The notes: generated by a model from the letters alone, not told the origin. Positions 53,279-62,713 are shown, counted from the first letter of the stretch. The stretch: 64,000 nt of DNA from Candidatus Saccharimonadota bacterium (GCA_050436805.1 JBNQGE010000023.1:10606-74605), one strand, 5' to 3'. Translations and numbers: made by a program.

Positions 53279-53402
53279 GGGTTTGAACTTTGCATGTTTG
53301 GGGTGGTGACTAGGCTCGAACCAGATTCTACAGGGGTGGGAATAGAAAAATCCGAGGTTGTTACAACTCGGGTTTTGAGGTTTGACATCTGTTATTTCTT
53401 CG
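53279..53402. repeat. Right direct repeat: family-2 site, tRNA-His-like 3' fragment (53299-53322) and small hairpin, abutting tRNA-Trp
   Basis: See 41953..42097. The hairpin AAAAATCCGAG-gttgttacaa-CTCGGGTTTT probably also terminates tRNA-Trp transcription. Confidence 0.8.
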
Positions 53403-53478
53403 TGGCAGGGGAGACAGGACTCGAACCTGCGACACTCGGTTTTGGAGACCGATGCTCTACCAACTGAGCTACACCCCT
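53403..53478 (-). tRNA. trnW: tRNA-Trp (anticodon CCA), CCA end encoded
   Basis: Manual cloverleaf:
- acceptor AGGGGUG/CUCCCCU (one U-U mismatch);
- D arm GCUC-AGUUGGUA-GAGC;
- anticodon arm UCGGU-CUCCAAA-ACCGA;
- T arm GCAGG-UUCGAGU-CCUGU;
- discriminator G73 followed by CCA. Confidence 0.85.
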
Positions 53479-53637
53479 TTATGGTCGGTTGCAAGCGCCG
53501 GAGCGTACACAACAACAAAGACATAATACGACAAACGGATCAAATTGTCACCTCTAATACGCGGCAATAGTAGCAGCAAACTGTTGTGCTTCGTGCAACT
53601 TTGGCATATGATCCAAGTAGATAACAGGACAACACCT

Positions 53638-54537
53638 ATGGCCAATGAGAATCGAGAGACGAATCGGGCTGTTTGGAAATACGTAGCCATTGGGGCAGGC
53701 TGCGTTGTGCTTGGAGCCGCTGTACTTGTGGGGATGAAATTACACGCAAAACCCAATACCCACCCCAAAACTACTCAGCAACAATCGATCAACATTGGCA
53801 TCCCCATTAACGATAGCCCTGGGTTTAGCTCGATGCAGGACGGGCAGCGCAACGGGTTTGACATCGACCTGGCCAACTATATTGCCGATGCGCTCGGCAA
53901 CCACCCGAATTTTGTGCCCATTACGGTTGATTCTCGCGAGCAAGAACTCAAACAAAAGTATATCGATCTCGCGATTAGCACCTATTCGATTACCGACAAA
54001 CGCATTGGCGAAGGCGTCATTTTTGCCGGACCGTATCTGCGCACCGACCAAGGAATTTTGGTGTCGCAGGATGACAACAGCATGAACAGTATTGACGACT
54101 TGGCAGGCAAAACCGTGTGCGTGACGAAAGGGTCTACCTCGGCCGACAAGCTTGATGCGCTCGAAAAAACAATTCCGGCCATAAGCTTGGAGCGCGACAC
54201 GTTTACCCAGTGCCTTGATGACCTAAAAAATCCGGAGACAAACGTGTCGGCCCTCACCAACGACACCGTAATTTTGCAAGGCCAGGCACACGCCAACAGT
54301 TCGCTCAAAGTGCTGCCGGGCATTATTGTTCCGGGCACGTACGAAAAATACGGCGTCGGCCTGTCGAAGGACAACATGGGTTTGTGCCACCAGGTTGCGA
54401 CCATCCTCAAAAGCTTCGTGAATACCCAGTGGAACGCAGCGTTCACGGCCAACATTCAAACTGACACCAACCAAAACGTTAGCGCGCTCAAACCGGATCC
54501 CAGCACCATCGACACGGAATCATGTAGGACAGATTAG
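53638..54537 (+). CDS. Amino-acid ABC transporter substrate-binding protein (family 3), membrane-anchored
   Basis: ..GFDIDLANYIADALG..; the start is placed at ATG 53638 (MANENRE..), followed by a TM segment. Confidence 0.7.
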   Translation: MANENRETNRAVWKYVAIGAGCVVLGAAVLVGMKLHAKPNTHPKTTQQQSINIGIPINDSPGFSSMQDGQRNGFDIDLANYIADALGNHPNFVPITVDSREQELKQKYIDLAISTYSITDKRIGEGVIFAGPYLRTDQGILVSQDDNSMNSIDDLAGKTVCVTKGSTSADKLDALEKTIPAISLERDTFTQCLDDLKNPETNVSALTNDTVILQGQAHANSSLKVLPGIIVPGTYEKYGVGLSKDNMGLCHQVATILKSFVNTQWNAAFTANIQTDTNQNVSALKPDPSTIDTESCRTD

Positions 54538-54545
54538 GAGATTGC

Positions 54546-55289
54546 ATGCCAAAATCACATCACACATCGTCCAACTACATAAAGAATTATCTCAAAAAGA
54601 GGCAGCTGGCTATCGTGGTTGGGTTATGCCTGGGTTCGGTGCTGTACTTGGGTGTTTTTCTGGACAAGTTAGGGCAGGCCGGCGACCATCACGCGCAAAT
54701 ATGGGGCTTAGTTGTTGCCGTTTTGAGTCTTTTGGCCAGCATTGTCCCCGGCGTTCAGCGATTGCTGCAGCCGCCCCAATCAGCTGGCAAATCAGAAGCC
54801 AAGCCAGACGCAGCCAGCGCCAAAGATGAACCCACCCTTACGTTTGCACCACGATACGTTGTGACAGGTATTGCAGTAGGCCTTCTAGCGTTCCTGGCAC
54901 CGTTAGCCATTACCAGAATCTCGTTTAACCATTGGCAAACCTACACCGTTACACAGCAACTTCAGCTCCACAATAACGACACCATGAAGGACGGCAACAA
55001 GGCCTCAGTTGTGTTGCCACCCACCAAACATCACCGCCTCGCGATTACCTACAAACTTACGAGTCTGATCGACACGGGCTCATGCGTAGCGCCGGCCAAA
55101 CTCAATGTCACACCAACGTACAATGGCAATGACGGGCCGACGCTAGCGCCGATTCAGAGTGACACAAAACAAATCATCACCGTCAGTGGGCTGAATACAA
55201 CCGAACGCTTGACGGTTTTACTGGATCTCTCAGAAGAGCCAACATGTGTTGTGAAACTTGATGTCAGCAACGCCTATTACTACCAGTAA
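54546..55289 (+). CDS. Membrane protein, hypothetical
   Basis: 247 aa with three TM segments. Confidence 0.5.
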   Translation: MPKSHHTSSNYIKNYLKKRQLAIVVGLCLGSVLYLGVFLDKLGQAGDHHAQIWGLVVAVLSLLASIVPGVQRLLQPPQSAGKSEAKPDAASAKDEPTLTFAPRYVVTGIAVGLLAFLAPLAITRISFNHWQTYTVTQQLQLHNNDTMKDGNKASVVLPPTKHHRLAITYKLTSLIDTGSCVAPAKLNVTPTYNGNDGPTLAPIQSDTKQIITVSGLNTTERLTVLLDLSEEPTCVVKLDVSNAYYYQ

Positions 55290-55360
55290 ATACGGGATGG
55301 TCACGCAAATATCCTGCAGGTGCTTTTCCTTTTGCCGATAATCTGGCATACTTATAGTTA

Positions 55361-56020
55361 ATGTCCAAGGTTATCCCTACAAAGCCACTGCTAATTACGC
55401 TCTACGGATTCCCGGGAGCAGGTAAAACCTATTTCGCCAGGCAGCTGTGCGAACACCTCCAAGCAGCCCACATTCAGGGTGATCGCATTCGCGGTGAACT
55501 CTTCGAAAACCCCCAATACGACAAAGACGAAAACCAAGTTATTGCGCAACTCATGGATTACATGACCGGTGAATTCCTGAGCGCCGGTATTAGCGTTGTG
55601 TATGACACCAATGCGCTGCGCGTAAGCCAGCGTCGTCAATTGCGCGAAACCGCTCGCAAGGCTCACGCCCAAAACTTGCTTATTTGGCTCCAGATTGACC
55701 ACGAAAGCGCCATGGCACGCGTAACCAAGCGTGATCGCCGCCGCAGCGACGACAAATTCGCTATGCCTCTCGACAAAAACACGTTCGACCGCATCGCCGG
55801 TGGCATGCAAAACCCGCAAAACGAAGAGTATATCGTGATCAGCGGCAAGCACACCTTCAACACACAGCTTAGTGCATTTATGAAGCGCTTGCGCGAGCTC
55901 AACCTCGCCAGCCAAATGCAAACTGGTAGCAAATTGATCAAACCAGGCCTAGTTAATCTCGTACCAAATCCCACAGCCGGGCGCGTCGACATGAGCCGCC
56001 GAAACATTATTATCCGTTAA
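55361..56020 (+). CDS. P-loop ATPase/kinase (AAA_33-like)
   Basis: Walker A GFPGAGKTY. Confidence 0.6.
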   Translation: MSKVIPTKPLLITLYGFPGAGKTYFARQLCEHLQAAHIQGDRIRGELFENPQYDKDENQVIAQLMDYMTGEFLSAGISVVYDTNALRVSQRRQLRETARKAHAQNLLIWLQIDHESAMARVTKRDRRRSDDKFAMPLDKNTFDRIAGGMQNPQNEEYIVISGKHTFNTQLSAFMKRLRELNLASQMQTGSKLIKPGLVNLVPNPTAGRVDMSRRNIIIR

Positions 56021-56024
56021 TTTC

Positions 56025-56747
56025 ATGGCCGTCAAACAGATTACCATTCCCGAGATTGGCCAGGTAACTATGTACAAACGACGCGGGAATCGCAGCCTGC
56101 GTTTGAGCGTTGCCGCCGATGGTGAAGTGCGCGTTTCGTTGCCATATTGGGTACCGTATAAGGCTGCTGAGGAATTCGTGAAGGGCAAAGCTCGCTGGAT
56201 CGCCAACAACAAACACGTAAACCCAGATCCGATTGCACACGGGCAATACATTGGCAAAAATCATCGCATTTATTTTACGGCCGAAGAAGGTCGCACGACC
56301 GTTTCGACACGCGTATACAATACCGAAATTTATGTCATGCACCCGCTGCGGATTGATCCGACCGATTCCAAAGTACAGTCGCGGGCCCATGCGGCGGGTA
56401 TTCGCGCGCTCAAGCAAGAAGCCGAGCGATTATTGCCCGACCGTCTCAACCAGCTGGCCACCGAGCACTTTTTCTCGTATAAAAATGTCGGGGTCAAGCA
56501 GCTTAAGAGCCGATGGGGCAGCTGTAGCTCACAAAAGGAAATTACCCTTAATTTATTCTTAATGCAATTGCCATGGCATCTTATCGACTACGTTTTACTG
56601 CACGAATTGACACACACCAAAGTGATGCGTCATGGGCCACCGTTTTGGGCCGAGCTCGAGGAACATCTACCTAATGCACGCGAGCTGCGGCAGGAAATTA
56701 ATACCTACCAGCCAGTTCTTACACCACGAGCCCTAACTATGGCATAA
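56025..56747 (+). CDS. YgjP-like (DUF45/M48-type) metal-dependent hydrolase
   Basis: HELTHTKVMRHGPPFW. Confidence 0.7.
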   Translation: MAVKQITIPEIGQVTMYKRRGNRSLRLSVAADGEVRVSLPYWVPYKAAEEFVKGKARWIANNKHVNPDPIAHGQYIGKNHRIYFTAEEGRTTVSTRVYNTEIYVMHPLRIDPTDSKVQSRAHAAGIRALKQEAERLLPDRLNQLATEHFFSYKNVGVKQLKSRWGSCSSQKEITLNLFLMQLPWHLIDYVLLHELTHTKVMRHGPPFWAELEEHLPNARELRQEINTYQPVLTPRALTMA

Positions 56748-56757
56748 TGAAAGCATC

Positions 56758-57894
56758 ATGATAAAACTCCCTCGCCGCCGCACCAAAAGACCCGATGTCG
56801 AACACGAACGCCTGACAAGTTTGATCAACAGCATGGCCGATGGCGTTATTGCCGTCGACGGCATGATGCACATTGTCATATACAATGGTGCGGCACTCGA
56901 TGTGCTGGATGTGAACAGTTCTATCAAGGACAAGCCGCTCACAAGCGTGCTCAAGCTGTACGACAAGAACAACCAGGAAATTAACGTCACCGAACTGGTA
57001 GAAGCCGCCACAACCGCAACCTCTCGGCGCGATTTATTGCTGCACTACAAAGACGGCAGCAACGCTAATTTATATTTGAGTGTAGCGCCCGTGCATCTCG
57101 GCTATGGCCGGCAAGGGCAACGCGGATACGTGCTACTGGTTCGTGATATCACCCGCGAAAAGTCATTAGAGGAAGAACGTGATGAGTTTATAAGTGTAGT
57201 CAGTCACGAGCTGCGCACACCAATTGCTATTTCGGAGGGCAATATCAGCAACGCCCAATTCATCGCCGACAAAACTGGCGACATCGAACAGATCAAAGCC
57301 GCCCTACAACAATCACACGAGCAAATTTTATTCCTGGCGAGCATGGTCAACGACCTGGCGACATTGTCCCGCGCCGAACGCGGCAAACTTAACGTCGACA
57401 TTGTACCAATTGATATCCCTGCACTGGTAGCCGACATCGTCAAGAGCTATGGCGCTGACGCCACCACCAAGGGACTCGAGCTCAAAACACAGGTCGCCGA
57501 GACAATCACACCATTATTTTCCAGCCAATTGTACGTCCGCGAAATCCTGCAGAACTTCGTAACCAACGCCATTAAATATACCGAGAAGGGTTCCGTTACC
57601 ATTGCCGCTGAGGCCACCGATAAGGGTACCAAATTTATGGTCAGCGACACCGGTATCGGTATTAGTAAAAGTGACCAAGAAAAAGTCTTCGACAAATTTT
57701 TCCGTTCCGAAGATTACCGTACACGCAGACATAACGGCACCGGTCTTGGCTTGTACATAACACTCAAACTCGCCCGATTGTTGCACGCCGAAATCGACGT
57801 CAAGAGCCAGATCGACAAAGGATCAACCTTCACCATTTTTATTCCGAACTTGGCCGTTTCGGATGCGACCGCCAAACCGTCCAAGCAAGCCTAG
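56758..57894 (+). CDS. Sensor histidine kinase (PAS-like N-terminus, HisKA and HATPase_c domains)
   Basis: H-box SHELRTPI, N-box NAIKYT, and the G-boxes DTGIGI and GTGLGL. No response regulator is adjacent. Confidence 0.85.
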   Translation: MIKLPRRRTKRPDVEHERLTSLINSMADGVIAVDGMMHIVIYNGAALDVLDVNSSIKDKPLTSVLKLYDKNNQEINVTELVEAATTATSRRDLLLHYKDGSNANLYLSVAPVHLGYGRQGQRGYVLLVRDITREKSLEEERDEFISVVSHELRTPIAISEGNISNAQFIADKTGDIEQIKAALQQSHEQILFLASMVNDLATLSRAERGKLNVDIVPIDIPALVADIVKSYGADATTKGLELKTQVAETITPLFSSQLYVREILQNFVTNAIKYTEKGSVTIAAEATDKGTKFMVSDTGIGISKSDQEKVFDKFFRSEDYRTRRHNGTGLGLYITLKLARLLHAEIDVKSQIDKGSTFTIFIPNLAVSDATAKPSKQA

Positions 57895-59429
57895 CGCTTA
57901 GTAGCCTCAGGCAAGTGGGGATAAGTGTGCATCACGGGCACGCACACGTTGCGGCCCTTCCAGTCAACTTCCGAAAATTCGTATTGCCACATCGAGCGGT
58001 GCAATAAAACAAAGTCAGTCATCGCGACAAATGGCAGGGCGATTAGTGCAAACATCCAGTAATTGATACGCGTGCTAATTGCCATTTCCTCGTACGATAT
58101 GATCAGTAGCACGGAGGCAGCAATGGCCAGCCAAACCGTCCAATGACTAACCGGCAACCACCATCCACCGATGGCAAGCACAAACGGCAGTACCAAAAAT
58201 CCAAGCTCAAATAGGCTCAAAACATAGACCATTTCTGGGCGACGATGCAACTGCGGATAGCGCATGCGCAGGGCTGTATTGCGCTGATCTTCCGGTGATT
58301 TGATACTCTCGATGCCAAGCATGTTGTCGCTCTGGATAAAACTGTAGGCATCGTGTGTAATGAGCTGGCGCGCAAAATATGCCTCGGGCACAATAGCTCG
58401 CGTGACAGCCGCAAAACCACCGGTACGCTTGAGCGCATCAGCGTTTACAATCCAGCAGCTACTCAGGACGGCAGGGCGGTTGAACAAACGACGGGGCGGA
58501 ACCAGTTCCCACCAGTACCGCATAGCCTGAACCAGAGCAAATCGCCCCGTAACACGATCGGCGCGGCGCGGCAAAACGCTAATCATCTGCTTGTTACGCT
58601 CCAACATGACGATCACTAGTTTGCGGATAGCGTCTGGCTCAAACCGCACATCAACACCACAAAACAAGATCAGTTCACCGCTCGCTTCACGCGCCAGCTG
58701 ATCGTACGCCTGGTTTTTGGCGAGCCAGGTTTCGCGGGGTTCGTCACCTTGCAAAAAACGCACGCCATCGTGTGCAAAGCTGCGGATAATTTCTGGTGTG
58801 TGTTTATCTTGGGAACAATCATCCAAGACCAAGATTTCAAACTTTGGATAATCACTGGCGATGATACTCGCCAGGCAAGCCTGCAAATCTTCGGTTTCGT
58901 TGCGTGCTGGAATTGCAATCGAGATCGAAGGCAACTGCACATCCGAAAAATGTTTTGTACTAGCAGTCGGCATCGTACGCCGTAACCGACGAGTTGTAGA
59001 GGCCACCAGGACGCAGGCCACAAGCAACTGTGCAGCCGAAATCCCAACCCAAAGCAATCGTCGATTGCCGTTGTGCATGTGCCACAGCCACCATACTACA
59101 GCTACCAAACCCTGGAACATGATAAGCACAAAACTCGTCGTTCGCGTTGCATTGCGCAAGTACGCCTCGTGCATCCGGCCCTTGACGATACGCACCGCGT
59201 TGAATATGCGGTAGATGCCAGCGAGCCCGATCAGGAAACTCGCCGTATTTGGATGCCACATCACAATTGCGCCGCAAGCAAAAGCTGTTAAAAGCACGTT
59301 AAAGAAGACCAAGAAGTGACGGATGCGCCACATAAACGTACCGAGGTGAGTTGCAACATCCAGAATCAGTCCGAGACAGAAGGCGATAAGCACAAGGTTC
59401 ATGCTCTTATCATACAGGAGCGGCGGCAC
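57891..59429 (-). CDS. Integral-membrane family 2 glycosyltransferase
   Basis: ..SIAIPARNE..LVLDDCSQD.. flanked by multiple TM segments. Confidence 0.75.
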   Translation of the reverse strand: MPPLLYDKSMNLVLIAFCLGLILDVATHLGTFMWRIRHFLVFFNVLLTAFACGAIVMWHPNTASFLIGLAGIYRIFNAVRIVKGRMHEAYLRNATRTTSFVLIMFQGLVAVVWWLWHMHNGNRRLLWVGISAAQLLVACVLVASTTRRLRRTMPTASTKHFSDVQLPSISIAIPARNETEDLQACLASIIASDYPKFEILVLDDCSQDKHTPEIIRSFAHDGVRFLQGDEPRETWLAKNQAYDQLAREASGELILFCGVDVRFEPDAIRKLVIVMLERNKQMISVLPRRADRVTGRFALVQAMRYWWELVPPRRLFNRPAVLSSCWIVNADALKRTGGFAAVTRAIVPEAYFARQLITHDAYSFIQSDNMLGIESIKSPEDQRNTALRMRYPQLHRRPEMVYVLSLFELGFLVLPFVLAIGGWWLPVSHWTVWLAIAASVLLIISYEEMAISTRINYWMFALIALPFVAMTDFVLLHRSMWQYEFSEVDWKGRNVCVPVMHTYPHLPEATKR

Positions 59430-59444
59430 GCCGCCCAGCCGTTA

Positions 59445-60287
59445 TTAGGCGGTAGGCGTGATAAAATTGCGACCAGGCAAATGCACCCCGGCGATAGCTC
59501 GCTTTGCCTCGGTAAAACTCTTTGACCACACGTAGCCCTCTTGGTGTCGAACTGGATGCTCAGCGTTTAAAATGGTTACCTGCGGCGTGTGCTCGTTGTG
59601 CTCGTCGATGGTAATGAGCTGCCTATGGCGCAAGCCGCTCAGGAACTTCGGGCGTACACTATCATCTTCTGAATCGAAATCATCTTGTTCGAACACCAGC
59701 TCATACTGCCAGCTGAATCCAGCCGAACCCAACTCTTTGGCCAGGGCAAGATCGTACGGGTCATCTATATCCTTAAGATCGTACCAAATCGACGCACCAG
59801 CATCCATCTGATAATCTTCACCAGCGTACAGTCCCTGCGATGTTATCCACGTAGCCAGCGGTGCGCTACGGACCGCAGCGATAGCTGCTAGCTCCTGCGC
59901 CAGGGCCTCACTACTCAGCAGACCCTTGCCGGCCTGGAACACACATTGATCCATTCTATCTTCAAGAAATGCGGGCTGAAGTACCGTCAAAAATGTTTCG
60001 TACACGTCGTGTGGTATCTCCAAAGAATCAGCGCGCACCCACGGCTCATATATATTACAAATCAGCGCGCTGGCATCACATTTTTCAATCGCCCCAACAG
60101 CAAGCGCGCCGAGAGTCAGTGGGATAAGCTTGGCCTCGATCTCTTTGCGTAAGTCATGATCAGGGTCTCCGGATGGATCGGCCACGCAGTAGAACGCTTC
60201 GTCTTCGCCGTCTCGACAAAATGCTACTGGAAGGGCTTCAATCACATACATTGCTGCTATCATATAGTAAGTAGGCGTCCTGGGCAA
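59445..60287 (-). CDS. Hypothetical acidic protein
   Basis: 280-aa ORF. Confidence 0.45.
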   Translation of the reverse strand: MPRTPTYYMIAAMYVIEALPVAFCRDGEDEAFYCVADPSGDPDHDLRKEIEAKLIPLTLGALAVGAIEKCDASALICNIYEPWVRADSLEIPHDVYETFLTVLQPAFLEDRMDQCVFQAGKGLLSSEALAQELAAIAAVRSAPLATWITSQGLYAGEDYQMDAGASIWYDLKDIDDPYDLALAKELGSAGFSWQYELVFEQDDFDSEDDSVRPKFLSGLRHRQLITIDEHNEHTPQVTILNAEHPVRHQEGYVWSKSFTEAKRAIAGVHLPGRNFITPTA

Positions 60288-60390
60288 AACATTCGATTGA
60301 CATTCTTATATATATAGCCTATGCTTGACATATCGGAGCCTACTGTAATAAGTAGGCTTTTTTAGATGAGAGAATCCGAGGAGGATCAGA

Positions 60391-60786
60391 GTGGCTGAAA
60401 CAAATCAAAAACCCAAGCGCCGGATTCGAAAAATCGAAACCGTCCGCGAGACAACCGTTAAAACTACTGAAGCAGCAGAAAAAACTAGCAAAGGTCGCCA
60501 AATATGGCACGGCTTTACTGCTCCCGCTCGCGCAATCGGACGGGGAATTGCCAAAGTTGCCCACGGATTAGCTCGGTTCAAGGTGTTCCGTATCATCGGT
60601 CGCATTTTGTTACCGCGTTATTTCCGCAATAGTTGGAAGGAACTTCGCCAAGTAACCTGGTTAACGTTCAAGCAATCTCGTCAACTCACTATGGCTGTCG
60701 TGATGTTTGCGGTTATCTTCGGTGTACTCGTTGCGTTGCTCGACTTTGGACTCGATAAAATATTTAAACAGGTGCTAATCAAATAA
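60391..60786 (+). CDS. secE: Preprotein translocase subunit SecE (long N-terminal extension)
   Basis: GTG start after GAGGAGG. The C-terminal TM segment has the ..ELRQVTW.. motif, and nusG follows directly. Confidence 0.75.
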   Translation: MAETNQKPKRRIRKIETVRETTVKTTEAAEKTSKGRQIWHGFTAPARAIGRGIAKVAHGLARFKVFRIIGRILLPRYFRNSWKELRQVTWLTFKQSRQLTMAVVMFAVIFGVLVALLDFGLDKIFKQVLIK

Positions 60787-61328
60787 TGAACAAGCGATAT
60801 GACGCGACCAAACAATGGTACGCAATCCACACATACAGTGGTTACGAAGAAAAAGTAGCCGAATCAATCCGCCAGCGTGCAGATTCTTTGGACATGAAGG
60901 ACAAAATCTTCCAGGTCTTGGTTCCTAAAGAAAAAATGATCGAGATCAAGAACGGCAAGCGCCGTGTCGTCGAAAAGCGCATCTTCCAGGGCTACGTATT
61001 GGTTGAAATCAAGATGTCAGAAGACGCTTGGTACATCGTACGCAACACTCCTGGTGTTACTGGCTTCGTGGGCTCTGGTACCGAGCCAACTCCTATCGGC
61101 GTTGATGAAATCGAAAAGATTCAGAAACGCATGGGCCTCGAACAGCCTAAGCACAAGATCGACTTCCGTTTGGGTGATGTTGTGAACATTATCGATGGTC
61201 CATTCAAGGGCTTCGACGGCGCTATCAACGAAATCGACTCTCAAAAGGGCAAGCTCAAAGTCTTGGTCAACATGTTTGGCCGCGAAACTCCTGTGGAGCT
61301 CGACAGCCTGCAGGTCAAGCGCGTCTAA
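60786..61328 (+). CDS. nusG: Transcription termination/antitermination factor NusG
   Basis: NGN domain (WYAIHTYSGYE) and KOW domain (GDVVNIIDGPFKGFDGAI). Confidence 0.9.
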   Translation: MNKRYDATKQWYAIHTYSGYEEKVAESIRQRADSLDMKDKIFQVLVPKEKMIEIKNGKRRVVEKRIFQGYVLVEIKMSEDAWYIVRNTPGVTGFVGSGTEPTPIGVDEIEKIQKRMGLEQPKHKIDFRLGDVVNIIDGPFKGFDGAINEIDSQKGKLKVLVNMFGRETPVELDSLQVKRV

Positions 61329-61344
61329 TTTTTACTCTTTTATT

Positions 61345-61374
61345 AAAAACAGCACTCCGAACGGTGCTGTTTTT
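61345..61374 (+). terminator. Intrinsic terminator after nusG
   Basis: AAAAACAGCAC-tccgaacg-GTGCTGTTTTT. Confidence 0.7.
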
Positions 61375-61489
61375 AATTTTCCCGTTTCGCCCTTTTTAGG
61401 CTCATCGGAATGATTACACAATCATTGACGGGGGTCGAGGGGACGGAGATCTTTAAAAGATAGTTCTCCGTCCCGAGGAGTGGTGCTGG

Positions 61490-61960
61490 TCAGCGAAGGT
61501 AGCTGTAGGCCATAATGGCGTCAGCGTGATCTCTTTCGAGGGGGCCATCTGGGTCAGCTTCACTGCGGTGTAGCATAACACCCTCCTGGTCCGTCGCGGA
61601 CTCAGCAGTATGTTCAGCAGGCCGAGTCCTAACGTAAAAGTACATGCCTTGTGTAGCGGGAACGCCCAAGACTTCGGCAACCTTTGCGTCCACCTCGAGG
61701 ATAAGTCGGCCGAACTGATTCATGTCGACGATCATAGCACTGAAGAGAGCGTCGTTGATCACAACCTCCATCTTGGGGTAGTCGGTCACCTCCAGATCGA
61801 TGTCATGGTCGCGCCAGCATCCATAGAAGTAGGTGCTGAACTCCTGGAAGAGCGTGCTGAGATCGATGCGGTCGATGATGACCTCGGCCTCGATGAACTG
61901 GATGGCTCCTTCGAAGACGAAACCCTCCGGCAATTGCAACGTGAATGACATGGGTGCCAC
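61490..61960 (-). CDS. GC-rich hypothetical acidic protein inserted between nusG and rplK
   Basis: 156-aa ORF on the opposite strand whose composition is visibly GC-richer than its flanks. Confidence 0.5.
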   Translation of the reverse strand: MAPMSFTLQLPEGFVFEGAIQFIEAEVIIDRIDLSTLFQEFSTYFYGCWRDHDIDLEVTDYPKMEVVINDALFSAMIVDMNQFGRLILEVDAKVAEVLGVPATQGMYFYVRTRPAEHTAESATDQEGVMLHRSEADPDGPLERDHADAIMAYSYLR

Positions 61961-62146
61961 ACTCCTGTGTCTCGACGGATGAGAATACTATCTCAGTTAT
62001 ATACTATATAATGTTTAACCGCTATGTACAATTAATTAGTAGACATACTCCATTAAACACCGTATAATGGACCTCGTTACGCACATGCGACCCGAGTCGC
62101 TTCAACTAGCTCGGTCGCGTATGACAAATCTATAAGGAATAAACCA

Positions 62147-62575
62147 ATGGCAAAAGCTGTAAAAGCAAATGTAAAGATGAAACTTCCCGCTGGCCGCGCA
62201 AGTGCAGCTCCTCCAGTAGGTAGCGTTTTGGGTCAGCACGGTGTAAACATGATGGACTTCATCAACCCGTTCAACGACCAAACCAAGGACCTCAACGGTG
62301 CGATGGTAACTGTTCACGTAACTATTTACGATGACCGAACGATGTCCTTCCACGTTGTTGGCGCACCAACTGATGATCTGATTCGTGCCGAACTTGGCAT
62401 CAAAAAGGGTTCAGGCAAGCCTAACTCCGAAAAGATCGAAAAGAAATTGACCGACGCCCAGCTGACCAAAATCGCTGAAGCTAAGGCCAAAGACATGAAC
62501 ACCGAAGATATCCCAGCCGTCAAAAAGATGGTTGCCGGTACCGCACGCTCAATGGGCGTCGAAATCGAAGCCTAA
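62147..62575 (+). CDS. rplK: 50S ribosomal protein L11
   Basis: ..KLPAGRASAAPPVGSVLGQHGVNMMDF.. Confidence 0.92.
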   Translation: MAKAVKANVKMKLPAGRASAAPPVGSVLGQHGVNMMDFINPFNDQTKDLNGAMVTVHVTIYDDRTMSFHVVGAPTDDLIRAELGIKKGSGKPNSEKIEKKLTDAQLTKIAEAKAKDMNTEDIPAVKKMVAGTARSMGVEIEA

Positions 62576-62592
62576 ACCACTTCACTTCTAGA

Positions 62593-62621
62593 GGCGAGTT
62601 CTGGAAACAGGACTCGCTTTT
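62593..62621 (+). terminator. Intrinsic terminator/attenuator between rplK and rplA
   Basis: GCGAGT-(12 nt)-ACTCGC followed by TTTTT. A TATAAT box follows at 62641-46. Confidence 0.55.
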
Positions 62622-62713
62622 TATATACGTCAAAATAGTGTATAATAACAGATATCATAACTAATTTGTGGGAGACGTTTAGGGCGTCGCATGCACCACG
62701 AAAGGATTCAACC

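Larger units (their letters stand above)
34430..53478. mobile_element. Composite accessory array of gene cassettes or nested islands, ending at tRNA-Trp
   Basis: At least 11 intergenic copies of a recombination-site-like repeat, duplicated tRNA 3' fragments, one large serine recombinase, mosaic gene content and several frameshifted genes. Confidence 0.6.

Noticed and set aside
53299-53322. Possible tRNA-His gene: the 3' end ..GGTTCGAGCCTAGTCACCACCCCA on the minus strand, also present at 41975-41998.
   Set aside because: The adjacent ~80 nt contains no complementary 5' acceptor strand (GGTGGTGA) or D/anticodon arms. I treat it as a tRNA 3'-end scar (att remnant).
53260-53388. N-terminal extension of the Nudix ORF (184 aa), plus ORFs 53252..53524 and 53469..53768.
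   Set aside because: They run through the direct repeat or tRNA-Trp. The Nudix family alignment starts near ATG 53259.
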